In this document: in pieces, positions 11,947-24,145 of the stretch
Layout: every line of letters begins with the position of its first letter
Numbering within the stretch: the stretch's first letter is position 1
DNA from: Diadema antillarum
Lineage: Eukaryota
NCBI RefSeq assembly: GCF_040938485.1
Contig: NW_027270912.1
Coordinates: forward strand, 682,001-746,000
Length of the DNA stretch: 64,000 bases
Reading direction: 5' to 3'
Program-made: the position numbers and the translations under genes
The notes under the pieces: generated by a model
The model's input: the letters and a program-made list of their open reading frames with translations, nothing else
The model's database searches: none
What the model was told of the DNA's origin: nothing

Positions 11947-12096
11947 CAAGATGCCACTTGCCCACTATCCCAGTGCTGTATCCCACATCCCTCAGCATCT
12001 CGGCTATGGTAATTTCTGACTTGGGCAGGCCACGGCTGCTGGTCATCTCAAACACTCTCACTGGCCCATGAAGGCCGACACGGACAGGTAGCCGCC
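11947..12096 (-). CDS. ARS: Arylsulfatase exon 3
   Basis: CAG acceptor and GTAAGT donor, 150 nt. Encodes RLPVRVG...[28 protein letters not shown] (sulfatase signature 2). Confidence 0.95.
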
Positions 12097-12583
12097 CTGC
12101 AGATTTATGCAGACTAAAGTGGATAAGTACATAAAGTGTAGCTCCAAGGTCCTTTATATTGTTTCCTCTTTCATACTGAAATATGTCTTTTCTCGACTTG
12201 ATTTACCCCTACAGTCCCACCTCTCTTATCTGGCCTCCCTTTATTCGGATCTCTCTGTGATCTCGCCATTATCTTTTTTTTTTTTTATCTCATAATTATG
12301 GAGAAAAGGGGGATTCCAAACTCAAACAAAATTCCTACACAAACTTTGACAGTTTTAAAGGAAATTTGACAGTTCATAGGATTGTACAGGGCCTTTGTAA
12401 TACAGCAATGCCTAGAGAATGCAACCTGCATCCTACCTGGAAAAAATGAAATATTGTATCAGGTTTACTGGCATGCTTGTTGCCACGTGGTAATCAGACA
12501 GACATCAAAACTTTGAAGCACCTTATACATCTACACAAAAATGGAAATATTACATTGAAACAAATTTATACAAAGTAAAGCAC

Positions 12584-12723
12584 CTGTTAACATGGCTCCC
12601 CTGCTTGGACTGCACAGGACATCTGGGCTATACCATCGGCTAAATTTCATTCCCTCACTGGCCATCTGGTCAATGGGGCCATGCTCTTGGCTTGGGTGAC
12701 CGTATAAAGCTAGATCACCATAT
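12584..12723 (-). CDS. ARS: Arylsulfatase exon 2 (formylglycine motif)
   Basis: AG/GT bounded, 140 nt. Encodes YGDLALYGHPSQEHGPIDQMASEG...LCSPSRGAMLTG, the CxPxR signature. Confidence 0.95.
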
Positions 12724-13430
12724 CTAAAAAGACAGTTGACAATTACATCTGTTACAATGACAGAGCAGATCACCTCAAAATCAAAGCAAGATGTCCTAAG
12801 CCATAACACACTTCTTTTGTCAACAGCATGTGTGCAATAATGCACATTGTGAAATGGTTTGAACGTTGATTACATTGGCTGTTCTTTATACTTATGATTT
12901 AAACAGATTAATAGCCTTCTGTTCTACGGGTCAATTACTCCTTTGGGGGGCAATTGTGTAAGTGTGTAACTCCTCTTATGTACACTTTGTTGCACATGAT
13001 AAAACTTGACAACATGAGCAGCATAATAGACAAGAAGCACATATTTGCATACATTAGTAAACATACAGTGTAAGTTCAATTTTGCAAAGAAAAGAAAGAA
13101 AAACAAAACATAACATAACAAAACAAAACAAAACAAAACAAAAGAAAACATACAATAAAGGTATAAACATACTGGTATTTTGCATTGGTACTGTAGTTTG
13201 TTCTTTCACTACGAATGTAAGCGAAATGAATCTACTTCATTGTGAGAACATTTACAGCACGATAGTTTTTGTCTATTCAAAGCGAGAGAGGTGTCTTGAA
13301 ATATCAGAATGTCACACATTGACTAAGAAACAAGGGAAAACTTTGAAGATTCCTTCAGTTTTATAACCCTTCTTACTCAGCATGATGACTAAGTACAAGA
13401 GAGAGAGAAAGACGAAGGCAGAAATTTTAC

Positions 13431-13561
13431 CCCATGTCATCTGCAACGAAAAGGATGACATTAGGTCTGTCATGTGGGTCTCTTGTCAGAGCCAGGCAGT
13501 AATTTCCAAGTAGGAGAACAAAAGATGCAACTGCTATGATGCCACTGCTCATCACTGCCAT
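13431..13561 (-). CDS. ARS: Arylsulfatase (sea-urchin ARS-like), coding exon 1 of 7
   Basis: ATG at 13561 gives MAVMSSGIIAVASFVLLLGNYCLALTRDPHDRPNVILFVADDMG: a signal-peptide-like segment plus the sulfatase PNxxxxxADDxG motif. GT donor, phase 2. An AG acceptor with a T-rich tract at about 13576 suggests an upstream non-coding exon. Confidence 0.9.
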
Positions 13562-13580
13562 CTTGCTTCATGACACTGTC

Positions 13581-13612
<32 letters not shown>

Positions 13613-14233
13613 GAAGAAGAAGAAATTATTAAACAGGGGGAAAAGCTATTGCCACATGTGTATCGGTACCTACAGAAAATAGGATGGTTTTTGTTCACAA
13701 ACATACAGTCTAATGTATAGGGCCAGATGCACAGAAATTCATTATCCTTTTCTACTCAATAAAATGTGTTAAAATCAATATGCCTACCATGCAAACACTA
13801 CTAAAGATATAGTGCACCCTATCACCAAAAGGGAGGGCTAATATCACATAAATTACAAAAGTAGGCAATTCAATCTGCGTGTTTTGAAAATGCCTGTATT
13901 TGGTAATTATCCCTTTTTTGGTATAAATACCGAAGAAACATATTTGAACAAAATGCAAAGTTTATTGAAGTTTGCTCAAAGTGAAGTGATTTGGCAACAC
14001 CATGACTTCTGTCATGAGATGCACTGTGTGGGGTTGTACATGATGTGCTGTACAAATTGTATCAAAGTGCACATGATGTAGAAATCTAAAACGGTGCATA
14101 TAGTAGATATACTACCATCTAACGCTGCACACTGGCACTGGTCTGACAGTCCAGGACCAGTAAAAGCCACTGTTGGCCCAGTAACTTTTTCAGGAATGGA
14201 ACAGTCAAAAATCTGAAAAATTGGGTACCTTCT

Positions 14234-14392
14234 GGGCCCCATTTCATAAAAAGTTGAAATGATAACAACTCTTGCTGGAATGGAAATTGTCATAGTAACG
14301 AAAAGAATCTAGCTTCCTGATTGGCTGTTTCTATGGGAAGTTGCCATTCCAGCAAGAGTTGTCATCCTAACATCTTTTATGAAATGGGGCCC
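14234..14392. mobile_element. PIF/Harbinger-like MITE
   Basis: TIR GGGCCCCATTTCATAAAA/TTTTATGAAATGGGGCCC, an internal inverted repeat ACAACTCTTGCTGGAATGG, and an internal ATTGG. Confidence 0.75.
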
Positions 14393-15893
14393 TCGTCTGA
14401 CAGATAGGTTGGACCAGCAGAAAAAATTGGCTAGTGTACAGCCCTGTACTATCAGATGACAAAACACTGTCCCCTAAATGATGAACTGATTAAAAGGACA
14501 TAACTTGGTCTCTAAAACAGCCTACACCATGATAGATGAGGTCAACCCACCATTCTTTGAACTGGATGCCTTCAAATCAGTGCTCTCTAGTTTAAATAAG
14601 TCCAAGGGCAAGGGAATGATTTACAATGCTTCAACCCATACAAACCAAATTTAAATTACCCTTTTGTGCCTTGAGAAGTACCCACCTTTCTATAGATTAT
14701 TTCTCACTACTTATAGCAGTCTCACCAATAACAGTTTGTGTAAGTGTACTCTTCTGAGGTTTTTGACACAGCACATCCCAATATGGATAAAGATTCATTT
14801 AGAATAAAAAGAAAAAGGCAGTTTCATTGACTTTGACTTTGTGTGAAAGCAAATATACCATGCATCGTATCAATAGTCACAATACCACTGACCATCGCCA
14901 CATTGCATTTTATATTGGGATATAGTCTGTCTCTAGTCTAGGTCTGTCTAGACTAGGTCTAGTAGGCTAGGTTGAATAACTAAACACAGCAGTACTGTCT
15001 CTATACAACACTGTTCGCTGTTCCACGCCGTGCTTTGCACAGCGTGGCGTCTGGTCGGGCTGCATCAGGCATAGGCATCCCCACAAAACAACTTTATAAT
15101 AAAAATTAATTTTATACAAGGTAACCCACTAGCCACAGTTCAGTACAGAATAATCTATATATGGGACTGACATATTAGCAAGCACGTCTTTCGCGAGTTC
15201 GGTGCGTGCATTATTACTGCAGTTGCTCACAACAATTAATCATTCAATCAATGCAAATTCGTCGAAAACAGCGCATAGCAATCATTTCACTTCATGAGCA
15301 TGAAATTGACAGAGAATTAATATCAACCTTATCGTTACGTTCCCCGTTGTGATTGCATAACCAAGCTCTGCCGATCTCGATCTGTACCTCGTATCTCTTT
15401 TCTATATGAACTCTGTTTACATTCCTAGACGTATCAAAAGTCGAATGCAATATTTTATACCATAGTTTACAAATTAAATTGCATAATTGTGCAAAAATAT
15501 ATTGCATTGACTTTTTAATATCTGTTTTTTAATTATAATTAGTAGATTAAATTCATGTCATGTAATGATTTTGATATCATTAGGTAAAATTATTTTTGCC
15601 GTGACTGAAAAAAGTCTAGCCATCGATCTCTGCCCCAGCGAGTCGACACGAGCGATCGTGAACGATTACAAATGACAACGATCCATGTCCTCCACAATCC
15701 GAGCAAGTCGTATCAGTACGCGCAAAACGGTGTGCAAGTTTATTGGATCCAGACGCGATCCCGACACAAGACAACAGGAGTGATCGTAAGATCGTATGCG
15801 ATGAGTCATGTCATCATGGCGACCTACGTGGAAGTAACGGACACGATCAAGTGCCAACCCACGGCGCCCAGTCACTCAGTTTCGAACGGAAAG

Positions 15894-16874
15894 ATGGAGA
15901 AAAAGGACAAGATTCCTGAGGCACTCGTCAAACGTCATGAAGCAAGGTTAGCAAGACTGGAAAAACAGAAGGAGGAACGCGAAAATTCTACTGTCAAAAC
16001 GGAGAGTGCCGAGTTCTTCAGCAAGACATTCAACGCAGAGAAGGCTGTGATCGAGGAGCGCTTGGCAACTGCAGAGAACGTGGATAAGTCCAGTTTGAAC
16101 GATTTCTTTGACGATTTGACAGAGTTGGCACAGAAATTACAGAAGTATGTGACAGACACCTCTCCTTTCCTACCTTCCTACGATATACGCAATTCCCAAG
16201 AACAGTTATCAAAGCTGATAAAAGATATCAATGAAAAGAGAGATGTGTTGATGCCAAAGAAGAAGTTTGCATTCAAGGCGAGAAAGAGGGGAGAAGAGCA
16301 AACGATTCAACTGCCGAGGAAGATTGGAACGGATGATGTCGATGCTGCGAAACCGCTGAATGTGATGACGGCTAATGCCTGCGGATTCTCCAATCGCACC
16401 GCTGAGACGCTATGTCTTAATGCAGAGGAAATGCACGCGAAGGATGTCGGTCTCTCCAACCTCACTTCCTGCGTCGTCAAGTTGCAGGGCTGTCCCAGTG
16501 CTCTGCACATCAGCAACATCACCGACTGCAAGATCTTCTGCGGGCCCATCCCAGGTTCGGTGTTTGTCGACAGGTGTCTCAACAGCACACTGGTTCTCGC
16601 CTGCCAACAGCTGCGGGTGCACAACACGAGCGACACAAGGTTTTACATCCATGTTACGAGCAGAGCCATCATCGAGGATACCTTCACGGTGTCGTTTGCG
16701 CCTTTCAACTGGAAGTACGATGGCCTAGAGCAGGACTATGAGCGCAGTGGTCTTGACAGAAGTAAAAATGCTTGGAATGACATCGACGATTTCAACTGGT
16801 TGGCGCATAACAAGCGCTCGCCCCATTGGGACCTGATTCCAGAGGCAGACAGAGTACAGAAATGGGACTGGTAG
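15894..16874 (+). CDS. TBCC: Tubulin-specific chaperone C, intronless, 326 aa
   Basis: N-terminal helical domain ending KKKFAFK, then a C-CAP/cofactor-C domain GSVFVDRC...LACQQLRVH (arginine finger)...TSRAIIED...FAPFNW...WNDIDDFNWL. The ATG is in good context (AAGATGG). Confidence 0.96.
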   Translation: MEKKDKIPEALVKRHEARLARLEKQKEERENSTVKTESAEFFSKTFNAEKAVIEERLATAENVDKSSLNDFFDDLTELAQKLQKYVTDTSPFLPSYDIRNSQEQLSKLIKDINEKRDVLMPKKKFAFKARKRGEEQTIQLPRKIGTDDVDAAKPLNVMTANACGFSNRTAETLCLNAEEMHAKDVGLSNLTSCVVKLQGCPSALHISNITDCKIFCGPIPGSVFVDRCLNSTLVLACQQLRVHNTSDTRFYIHVTSRAIIEDTFTVSFAPFNWKYDGLEQDYERSGLDRSKNAWNDIDDFNWLAHNKRSPHWDLIPEADRVQKWDW

Positions 16875-19492
16875 TGCTCACGTTTGATTGTTATATTGAC
16901 TACAGTTTTTGCATGTTGGTCAAACAGTTCCTTTCATATTGCAAATCAGCGATGACAGTACAAATTGTGTGACATCAGAGAAAAGTAGCTCTATCATTTG
17001 TTATAACTACATGTGAGATAAAACAATCTCTGCTCTTGGCAAAACCATGAGTGTGAAAAGGTCTCAACATGGCATGAGCAGCATTTTCAGTCAATAATGA
17101 TAATCTACACAAATTCAGCATTTATTGTAAGATGACACAGTCTATAATGCCATGTGGTAGCTAATGCATGTAGCATTCCACCAATGATCAGAATTAAGTC
17201 AGTCAGCTTCGGCAGTTGTTTCTTGGATTACAATTTCTGATTAACGTCTTTCAGGCTTCGTCAATTGCATACCAGAGAGTTGTAAAGTAGATGAGAAATT
17301 GCAAAAGCTGAGTTTCATACAAGAAGCATAGTATCCCCTCCATTCACTTTTTGCCGAACACACAAGACAAAAATTACTATGTTTACCAATGTATCTATAT
17401 TGCAATCAATTTCTTGGTATCCTGGTTTAAAGCTTGTAGTGAACATTCATTTTGTTCAACAGAAAAAAGCCACATGAAGGTAAAAAAAGTGTAGAATGCT
17501 GAATGGTGACACTGTAACAAGTCTCTCTCCAATACATGCATAGCAAGGGAACTTTGATTTAGTGTTTAAGAAAGTGCATGATGTTCATGGATTCGCCTTG
17601 TTTGTTGTAAAGTGTATGCCTGTTTAGCATCTTTTGCCTTCTTGTAAACAGATGGTCATTTACCATATTATTAACTTGGCTGTAATTGCATGAGAGGTAT
17701 ACCATTTGGCACTGTATATGAGTACATTGTACACTGTAGTAACCAGAATAGACCGACTACTGATAGTATTCAAATTCATGGATATTTATGGTCCTTTATA
17801 CCTGGCCAAGAGTTCATGATACTGTGAAATTCTTTAAATTCTACCTCTTATGGTTTAATTATTTTGCAGCATTCACAAAACTAGTAACACCATTATTTTT
17901 TGTGAAGGATGTTGGCCTGCATGACGATGGTCTTTCGAATGAGCTCGCCTTCTATGAGTAAGGAACTTATTGACATGTCTCAGTTTCACACAAGAAGTAC
18001 AAGTTTGTACTTTCAACATAGTAACATCAGTAGTTATTGCAGTATGCCATGTTATCTACATTATACATCTTCCTCATGAATGCATACAGTGTGTATGGAA
18101 TTTCCATCATTGATTATCATATGAGAAGACAGAATTTTCAGGGTTTTAGGCAACATGGAAGTGACGAAGATGATGTGTTCAAACAAAATAATGATACCAG
18201 GTACACTGTACATGCTTACATTGTACAGACCATGAACCATCAACACTTCACTTCGGAAAGTATACACCGTATGGTTATGTATGCTGTATATTGTGTGTAT
18301 GTTCAGTTTAGGTGTTCTAGAATTTTTTCCCTTAGCAGTTGCCCTTTGCAAGTGTGTATACCTACTCCTCGTCATTGTGTGAATGTAATGGAGTGTATAC
18401 AGAAATCTTATAGCGCACGAACATACATACAGGTACTCCCCATAAAATGGTAAATGTTCTGGAATTGTCCAAATCAATTTTTAATGTGGTATGATGCAAA
18501 TGCAACGACAATCCATATTTGTGTATATAGTCGTGGGATCATCTGCAATGTTGATACATCTTTTAATTGGTTAAAAATTGATTATTGTTTGATTTGAATT
18601 TGCTCATTCTGTTATCTCTTCTCTATGCCCATTTCCTTTATGATAATTACACTTCAATAATAGTACTACAGAACAAAACAATTGTGTACATACATATGTA
18701 CACATTGCTTGCAGAGCTGCAATGCCATTATAACTGAGGTATACATTGATGTGATGTCACAGTAGAGGAAGCCCTTGTGATATTTGTAAGACTTCTCATC
18801 CATTTCCATGAGTGAAGCTAGCAGCTGGTCATTTCCCATTTGTAATTATGAAAAATAAATGAAAAAATGTTTCTTCTCCATGTACATTACACTGTCTTGC
18901 TGGGCACAAGCACATGCCAACATTTGTCACTTGCAAGTTGTGGTTGTACTTACCATACTTTGGTGTAAAAAAAGATGTGATTCATCAATATTATCATCGT
19001 GTATCTGAATAAAAGTTGAAAAAATCAATATGGTGTTCATTATTTGCATATAGGAGTGTACACAAGGTTGTGTTACTTTGATTGTGTATGGGTTTGATTG
19101 CATTGTGACAGAGGTCAAACTTCAAAATGAAAACAAATGTAGACCTCACGACATACAATGTACATGTTCAAAGTAGGCCTATTCTTTATGACTGATTGAA
19201 CAGTGGGTGGGTGTACTATAATGTATTTCAATAAAGCTTTCCCCCTAAATAAAGCAGTATGCATAATGAGTGGGGTTTGTTACATAATAATTGTATAGAT
19301 TGTATTCTTCAGAGTGTGAAGTTAACATGTTGAAAGAGAACACTTGAAATGCTCCCCTTCCCCCCACAGAAGACAATGTTTTCCCTTCTTTGTTCCTCAT
19401 AATTCTCTTCTCTTTCTTCATTGGTATCATGATATTAGCCAAGTTATGCAACTAGACATGGTTATAAATACACACACAAAGATACAAACATA

Positions 19493-19925
19493 TTGATCTA
19501 TCTATCTACCTATCTATCCATCCATCCATGCATCTATCTATCTATCTACCTATCTCTCTATCGATCGATCTATATTGATCTATCTATCTATGTTATCTAT
19601 CATATCCATCTTTATATAGGGTCCTAGCTATTGATACATCATTTATATATATGTACAGTTAACAAGATTATTCATACCCCTAGAAAATTTTTAGTTTTGA
19701 GCAGATACCTTACAAGTAAAGGAAGGAGTGATGGTGATTGGGTGTTATATCTCAACTTTTCTATTGTTATGCAAATGAGGTGAAACAGGAATTCATGTCA
19801 TTTTATAGAGGACAAATAAGAGTAAAAAGTAAACACCAAATCACCATCACTCCATCCTACATTTGTAAGAAATCTGTTCAAAACTAATTATTTCTCAGGG
19901 GTATGGATAATTTTGTTGTTAGCTG

Positions 19926-20001
<76 letters not shown>
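19493..20001. repeat. (TATC)n at about 19493-19610 and (TG)n at about 19929-20001 flanking the MITE
   Basis: Simple repeats read directly from the sequence. Confidence 0.9.
19656..19925. mobile_element. Tc1/mariner-like MITE
   Basis: TA|CAGTTAACAA...TTGTTAGCTG|TA with long imperfect inverted arms (GGAGTGATGGTGATT / AATCACCATCACTCC). Confidence 0.75.
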
Positions 20002-21012
20002 ATGAATAGTATTGTTCACAGCTCAGATTATTTTCAAAGGAGTTATCAAGCTGAAAGTACTGACATAACGAAAATAAAACATTTGATATATCATGGAACT
20101 TAATATATTTCTTTTTTTAAAAACAATCTTGAAAGAAGAAAAAAAAATGGGGACTATAAGAATATACCTTTCCTTAAGTAACCTGATGGCCTGGTAAAAC
20201 TTGATTTCCTCTTTCCAAGACTCGCTAAAGCGGAGGTTCTGAATTGTGATTTCTTAAGAGCTTGTCCACCCCCATCCCCACACAAAATGGATGACAGTAA
20301 TAATTGTATCTAAACATTTCTAGACAATGATCAAAGACGTTTGGAGAGCTCGTTGCGGGGTTATTGCGGAAGGGGACGTCATTCATGAAACTTGGCCAAG
20401 TCATTGAAGAATGAGAAAGCAAGTGATTTTCAAATTTCACAGCTATTTTTCAGAACTTCCCCTGAAATCGTAACCATTTTTTGTTGTTGTTAATGAAATG
20501 TAAAAGAAATTGTTTCCTTGGTATCAAAGTATGAATTGATTCTATGGTGTTTTTTTTTTTTTTTTTTTGTTCTTTGCAATGATTGCTCTTAAAAGAAGGA
20601 AGTGGCAGTCGCTTAGTTATCAACTGCAAACATGATTTGAAGGTGATAAATTAAGCATACAGAAACACAAATAATGCCTAGCCATCAATCAGATTCACGT
20701 GGTGTCATAGCAACTGGAATTAGACTATTTGCGGCGTTAACGTCGTCTCAGACGATTAGGGCGACGTCATTTTTTTGGTCTTCGGCTGACATTCTTTGAG
20801 CTTAACTCTTATTTAACACTCCTGTCATCCGGTTATCTCTTTTTGAAACTGTACCACATGCCTCCTAATATGTCTTCGCGGATTCAGCAGGCAATGATTA
20901 CAACACTTGAACTGACCATGCTGAAAATGGAAATCTTCGGTGACCAATGATACATGTATTCCTCTTTCTACCCCCTCCACCCACCACCCCCCCCCCAAAA
21001 AAAAAAAGAGAA

Positions 21013-21609
21013 CTAGAGATCCATGAAGTCCATCAACACTTTTTCATCGTTCATCCAGAAAACACGGGGCGAACGCTCACTCATCGGTTCAGTCACCGCG
21101 TCATTCTCGACAACTTCTCCAACTGAGTAAGTTCCACCAGCGCCCTCTTCGGTCGTTAGACTTGAAACTCTTTCAGGTGAAGACATATCCATCATATCCG
21201 TCTCTGGATCCTGGCTGATGTCCCAGAAATCAGGGGTCTGTAAATGACGCTTTTTTGCTTCTTTTACGGTTCGACGTTCTGCAGAGGAGCGGGTTCCAGA
21301 TACTTGTTCTCGTGTCGTCGACGAGTCCGACGTCGCAAGGTGTTGGTGGTCATCGAAGCCTTCGTTGAGGGGCCTGTGGGGATGAACGCGGGGTGTGGAC
21401 GGTGCGAAAACTGGCGCCATAATAACATCACCGTCTCCCGCTGATCTACCCGCAGCCGAGTCCCCGGAATGATCGTCTGAAAGTGACATGTTGGACGTCG
21501 ATGCGTCTTCTGCGGCAATGAATTTGTCTGCCGAGATGAAGTCATCGTCGAAGGCTTCGACGCCGGCACGTTTGGTGGAGTGTCGTGTTCGACCGACCAC
21601 AGCACCCAT
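21013..21609 (-). CDS. Orphan 198-aa ORF, acidic and Ser-rich, probably disordered
   Basis: About 600-nt open frame with clearly raised GC and CpG against an AT-rich background. ATG context is GTGATGG and there is a possible acceptor upstream. No recognisable domain. Confidence 0.4.
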   Translation of the reverse strand: MGAVVGRTRHSTKRAGVEAFDDDFISADKFIAAEDASTSNMSLSDDHSGDSAAGRSAGDGDVIMAPVFAPSTPRVHPHRPLNEGFDDHQHLATSDSSTTREQVSGTRSSAERRTVKEAKKRHLQTPDFWDISQDPETDMMDMSSPERVSSLTTEEGAGGTYSVGEVVENDAVTEPMSERSPRVFWMNDEKVLMDFMDL

Positions 21610-22645
21610 CACGGCTGGTCCACCTCGTCAGATAAGGGAATCTCGTCTTAAATCGATGAGAATGACATGCAAATTTACATCAGATTAAAATGGGAAGAAG
21701 ATCTTTGTTTTCCATGATGCAAAGCAACCAATTTGATTTAAAAATGACGTATAAGAGAGAAAAACAGTGATAATGCGGACGTTACTGTATAAGAAAACAG
21801 TATTGATTTCTTTCATGTAAATAATGTGCAAGATTATAACGATTTTAAGTGTATATTGCCACGAAATTAATGTTCAAGTTAACGTGAATAGATAAAAGAA
21901 TAAATCAAGCAAAACAACCAAACCAAGCCGCGTGTTGTGAAGTGATGACACACTCTATTACCATGACCATGATGACATTGATCAATATCACTTTTATTAA
22001 TCAAAACATATGAAAGTTTAATATCCGATAACTCCCTCATTTTAGGTCCCATCATGGATACGAGAAATCATTCAATGCCTTCCTTGTGAACAAATTATTT
22101 GTAACAAAGAATAATCTACTACGTTCTCTCTTTTTTTTTTCTTCAGAATAAAAACTTTGCAACCTCAGCTGTTTGGTGACGTAGGCCCCTTACACAGCTC
22201 ATGAGCAATCATAACATTGTATACTAATGACTTCGTTTAGCGCCTTAGGTGTAGTTTTATAGGTCCCCTATCTCTATGCACATAACAAAGTCGTGAAAAA
22301 CAAACGACCAGTATATCAGATATGATACCAGATATGACTGACGAATCGGTTTGAAAAATAACTGTAACAAAAATAACACGGGAAATGGCTCATACTGGTA
22401 CTGTTTGTTTGTTTGTTTGCTTTTATTTCTGCATTCAATCAGATGCAATTTGAATGCAAACTTCAAAAAGTACAAAGACAAAGAATAACAAGTGCAGTGA
22501 AATAAATCGATAACAGTACATAAATAGATACACACAGGTGATTGCATTGAGCAATGTATAGATACACAGAAACATAAAATAGCAGCATACAGTATTTTTC
22601 AGTAAACAACAGAGATCATTGAATGCAGGAGACCACCATCATACA

Positions 22646-23970
22646 AGCTGGTATCTCACTGAGCGGCGAACGTTTGCGAACGTAGCGAATTTGAGATTCG
22701 CCAACTTTTCTGACGAATGTTTGCGAAAAATCAAAGTTCGCTTCTGCCATTAGCGACAGTTAGCGACTTTTAGCGATGTTTAGCGACAATTAGCAACACT
22801 TTAGCGAATGTTTGCGAAAGTGTTTGCGAACACAGGTGGCGACTATTAGCGAATGTTAGCAAATGTTAGCGACAATTTTGCAAACGTTAGCGACAATTTT
22901 GCAAATGTTAGCGACAGTTTTGCAAATATTAGCAACTGTTTGCAAATCCTTTGCGACAATTTTGCGAATGTTCTTGGACCTAGAAAAGAACCAGGCGATT
23001 GTGTATAGTAAGACCCATAAAACGACATAAAACCTTCCACTGAATTCAGATCTCTTGTGACAACCGTTCAAGATGGATTTCCAGGATATGGAAATAAATT
23101 TCTGCCAAGAAGAGGCTCAAGGTGTTGCTATCCTTGAAGAGCTGCTTTGTCAGGCTGCTGCTACAGCTATTCTCTCTAAAAAAGAAGAGTGAAAATGTTC
23201 ACTCTTGAAGAAGTGAATAACAGAAAAGAGTGAGTTTCAAGTGAAATTAGAGTGATTTAGGACTGAAAATGTTCATTTTCACTCATTTTGGAGTGACTTC
23301 AGGGATCACTCCAAGATTTTCGAGTGATCCCTGAGGTCACTCCAAAATGAGTGAAAATAGATATTTTCACTCAAAATTCACTCCAATTTCACTCAAAACT
23401 CACTCTTTTCTGTAATTCACTCCTTCAAGAGTGAACATTTTCACTCTTTCTTTTTTAGAGAGTTGTGCAGCATAAGAGAAATAAAATAAAGAAAAACAAG
23501 AAAGGAAGAAGAAAAGAAAGAGAGTCAGAGAGTGCTTGTTGCAGAGGACAGACTTAAGTCAATATGAAAAGCTTTTGAAGCAATTACAATCATGATGGAG
23601 ATGTCAAGAGCTTCAAGAACTTTCTTAGAGAGGAACCTTGTCTGTTTCAGAAGCTTTTATATAGGAACCATGTGGTTACTTGTTCGCTAGCAGTGGCGAA
23701 TCCTATAAAAACGTTAGCGACACCGTATTACGACCGTTTGCGAATTCTTACGAGTGTTTTGCGAATGTTTGCGAATGTTTGCAACTGTTAGCGAAAATAC
23801 AAATTCGCAAAGGTTCGCAAAGAAATTTTGAACAGCGACAAGAAAAACTGTTTGCGACAATAAAAACCGTTTGCGAACGTTGACGAACCTTTTGCAACCG
23901 TTTACGAACCCTGGCGAATTCCCAAATTCGCTACGTTCGCAAACGTTCGCCGCTCAGTGAGATACCAGCT
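22646..23970 (+). mobile_element. Internally deleted PIF/Harbinger element carrying a 5' transposase remnant
   Basis: About 47-bp near-perfect TIR AGCTGGTATCTCACTGAGCGGCGAACGTTTGCGAACGTAGCGAATTT, plus subterminal TTAGCGA/TTTGCGA arrays. The broken ORF 23073-23665 contains VRECLLQR...QYEKLLKQL...DVKSFKNFLREEPCLFQKLLYR, resembling Harbinger transposase N-termini. Confidence 0.75.
23172..23462. mobile_element. Near-palindromic MITE (291 bp) nested in the Harbinger remnant, 2-bp TT duplication
   Basis: CTCTCTAAAAAAG...CTTTTTTAGAGAG arms pair over most of their length. TT sits at 23170-23171 and 23463-23464. Confidence 0.85.
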
Positions 23971-24145
23971 GAAGCGATTAAGCTTGAAATAGATGGAGGC
24001 CTCTAATGACTATTCAACGACATAACTCTCTTGGAGGAAGGTGATTAGGTGAGTGCAGTGCAGTTGCAGGTGAGTGTGCAAGATACAGTTGAAGGAAGAA
24101 AATAGAGATTGACAATAAGATGACAATCTATACCATAAATATTTG

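Noticed and set aside
14479-14580. ATGATGA as the C box of a snoRNA
   Set aside because: There is no D box or terminal stem at a suitable distance.
19903-20103. CV-repeat ORF
   Set aside because: It is a (TG)n microsatellite.
22700-23000. Regular short repeats resembling a CRISPR-like array (also 23720-23910)
   Set aside because: These are 7-11-bp subterminal arrays of the Harbinger element. They have no unique spacers, and the context is eukaryotic.
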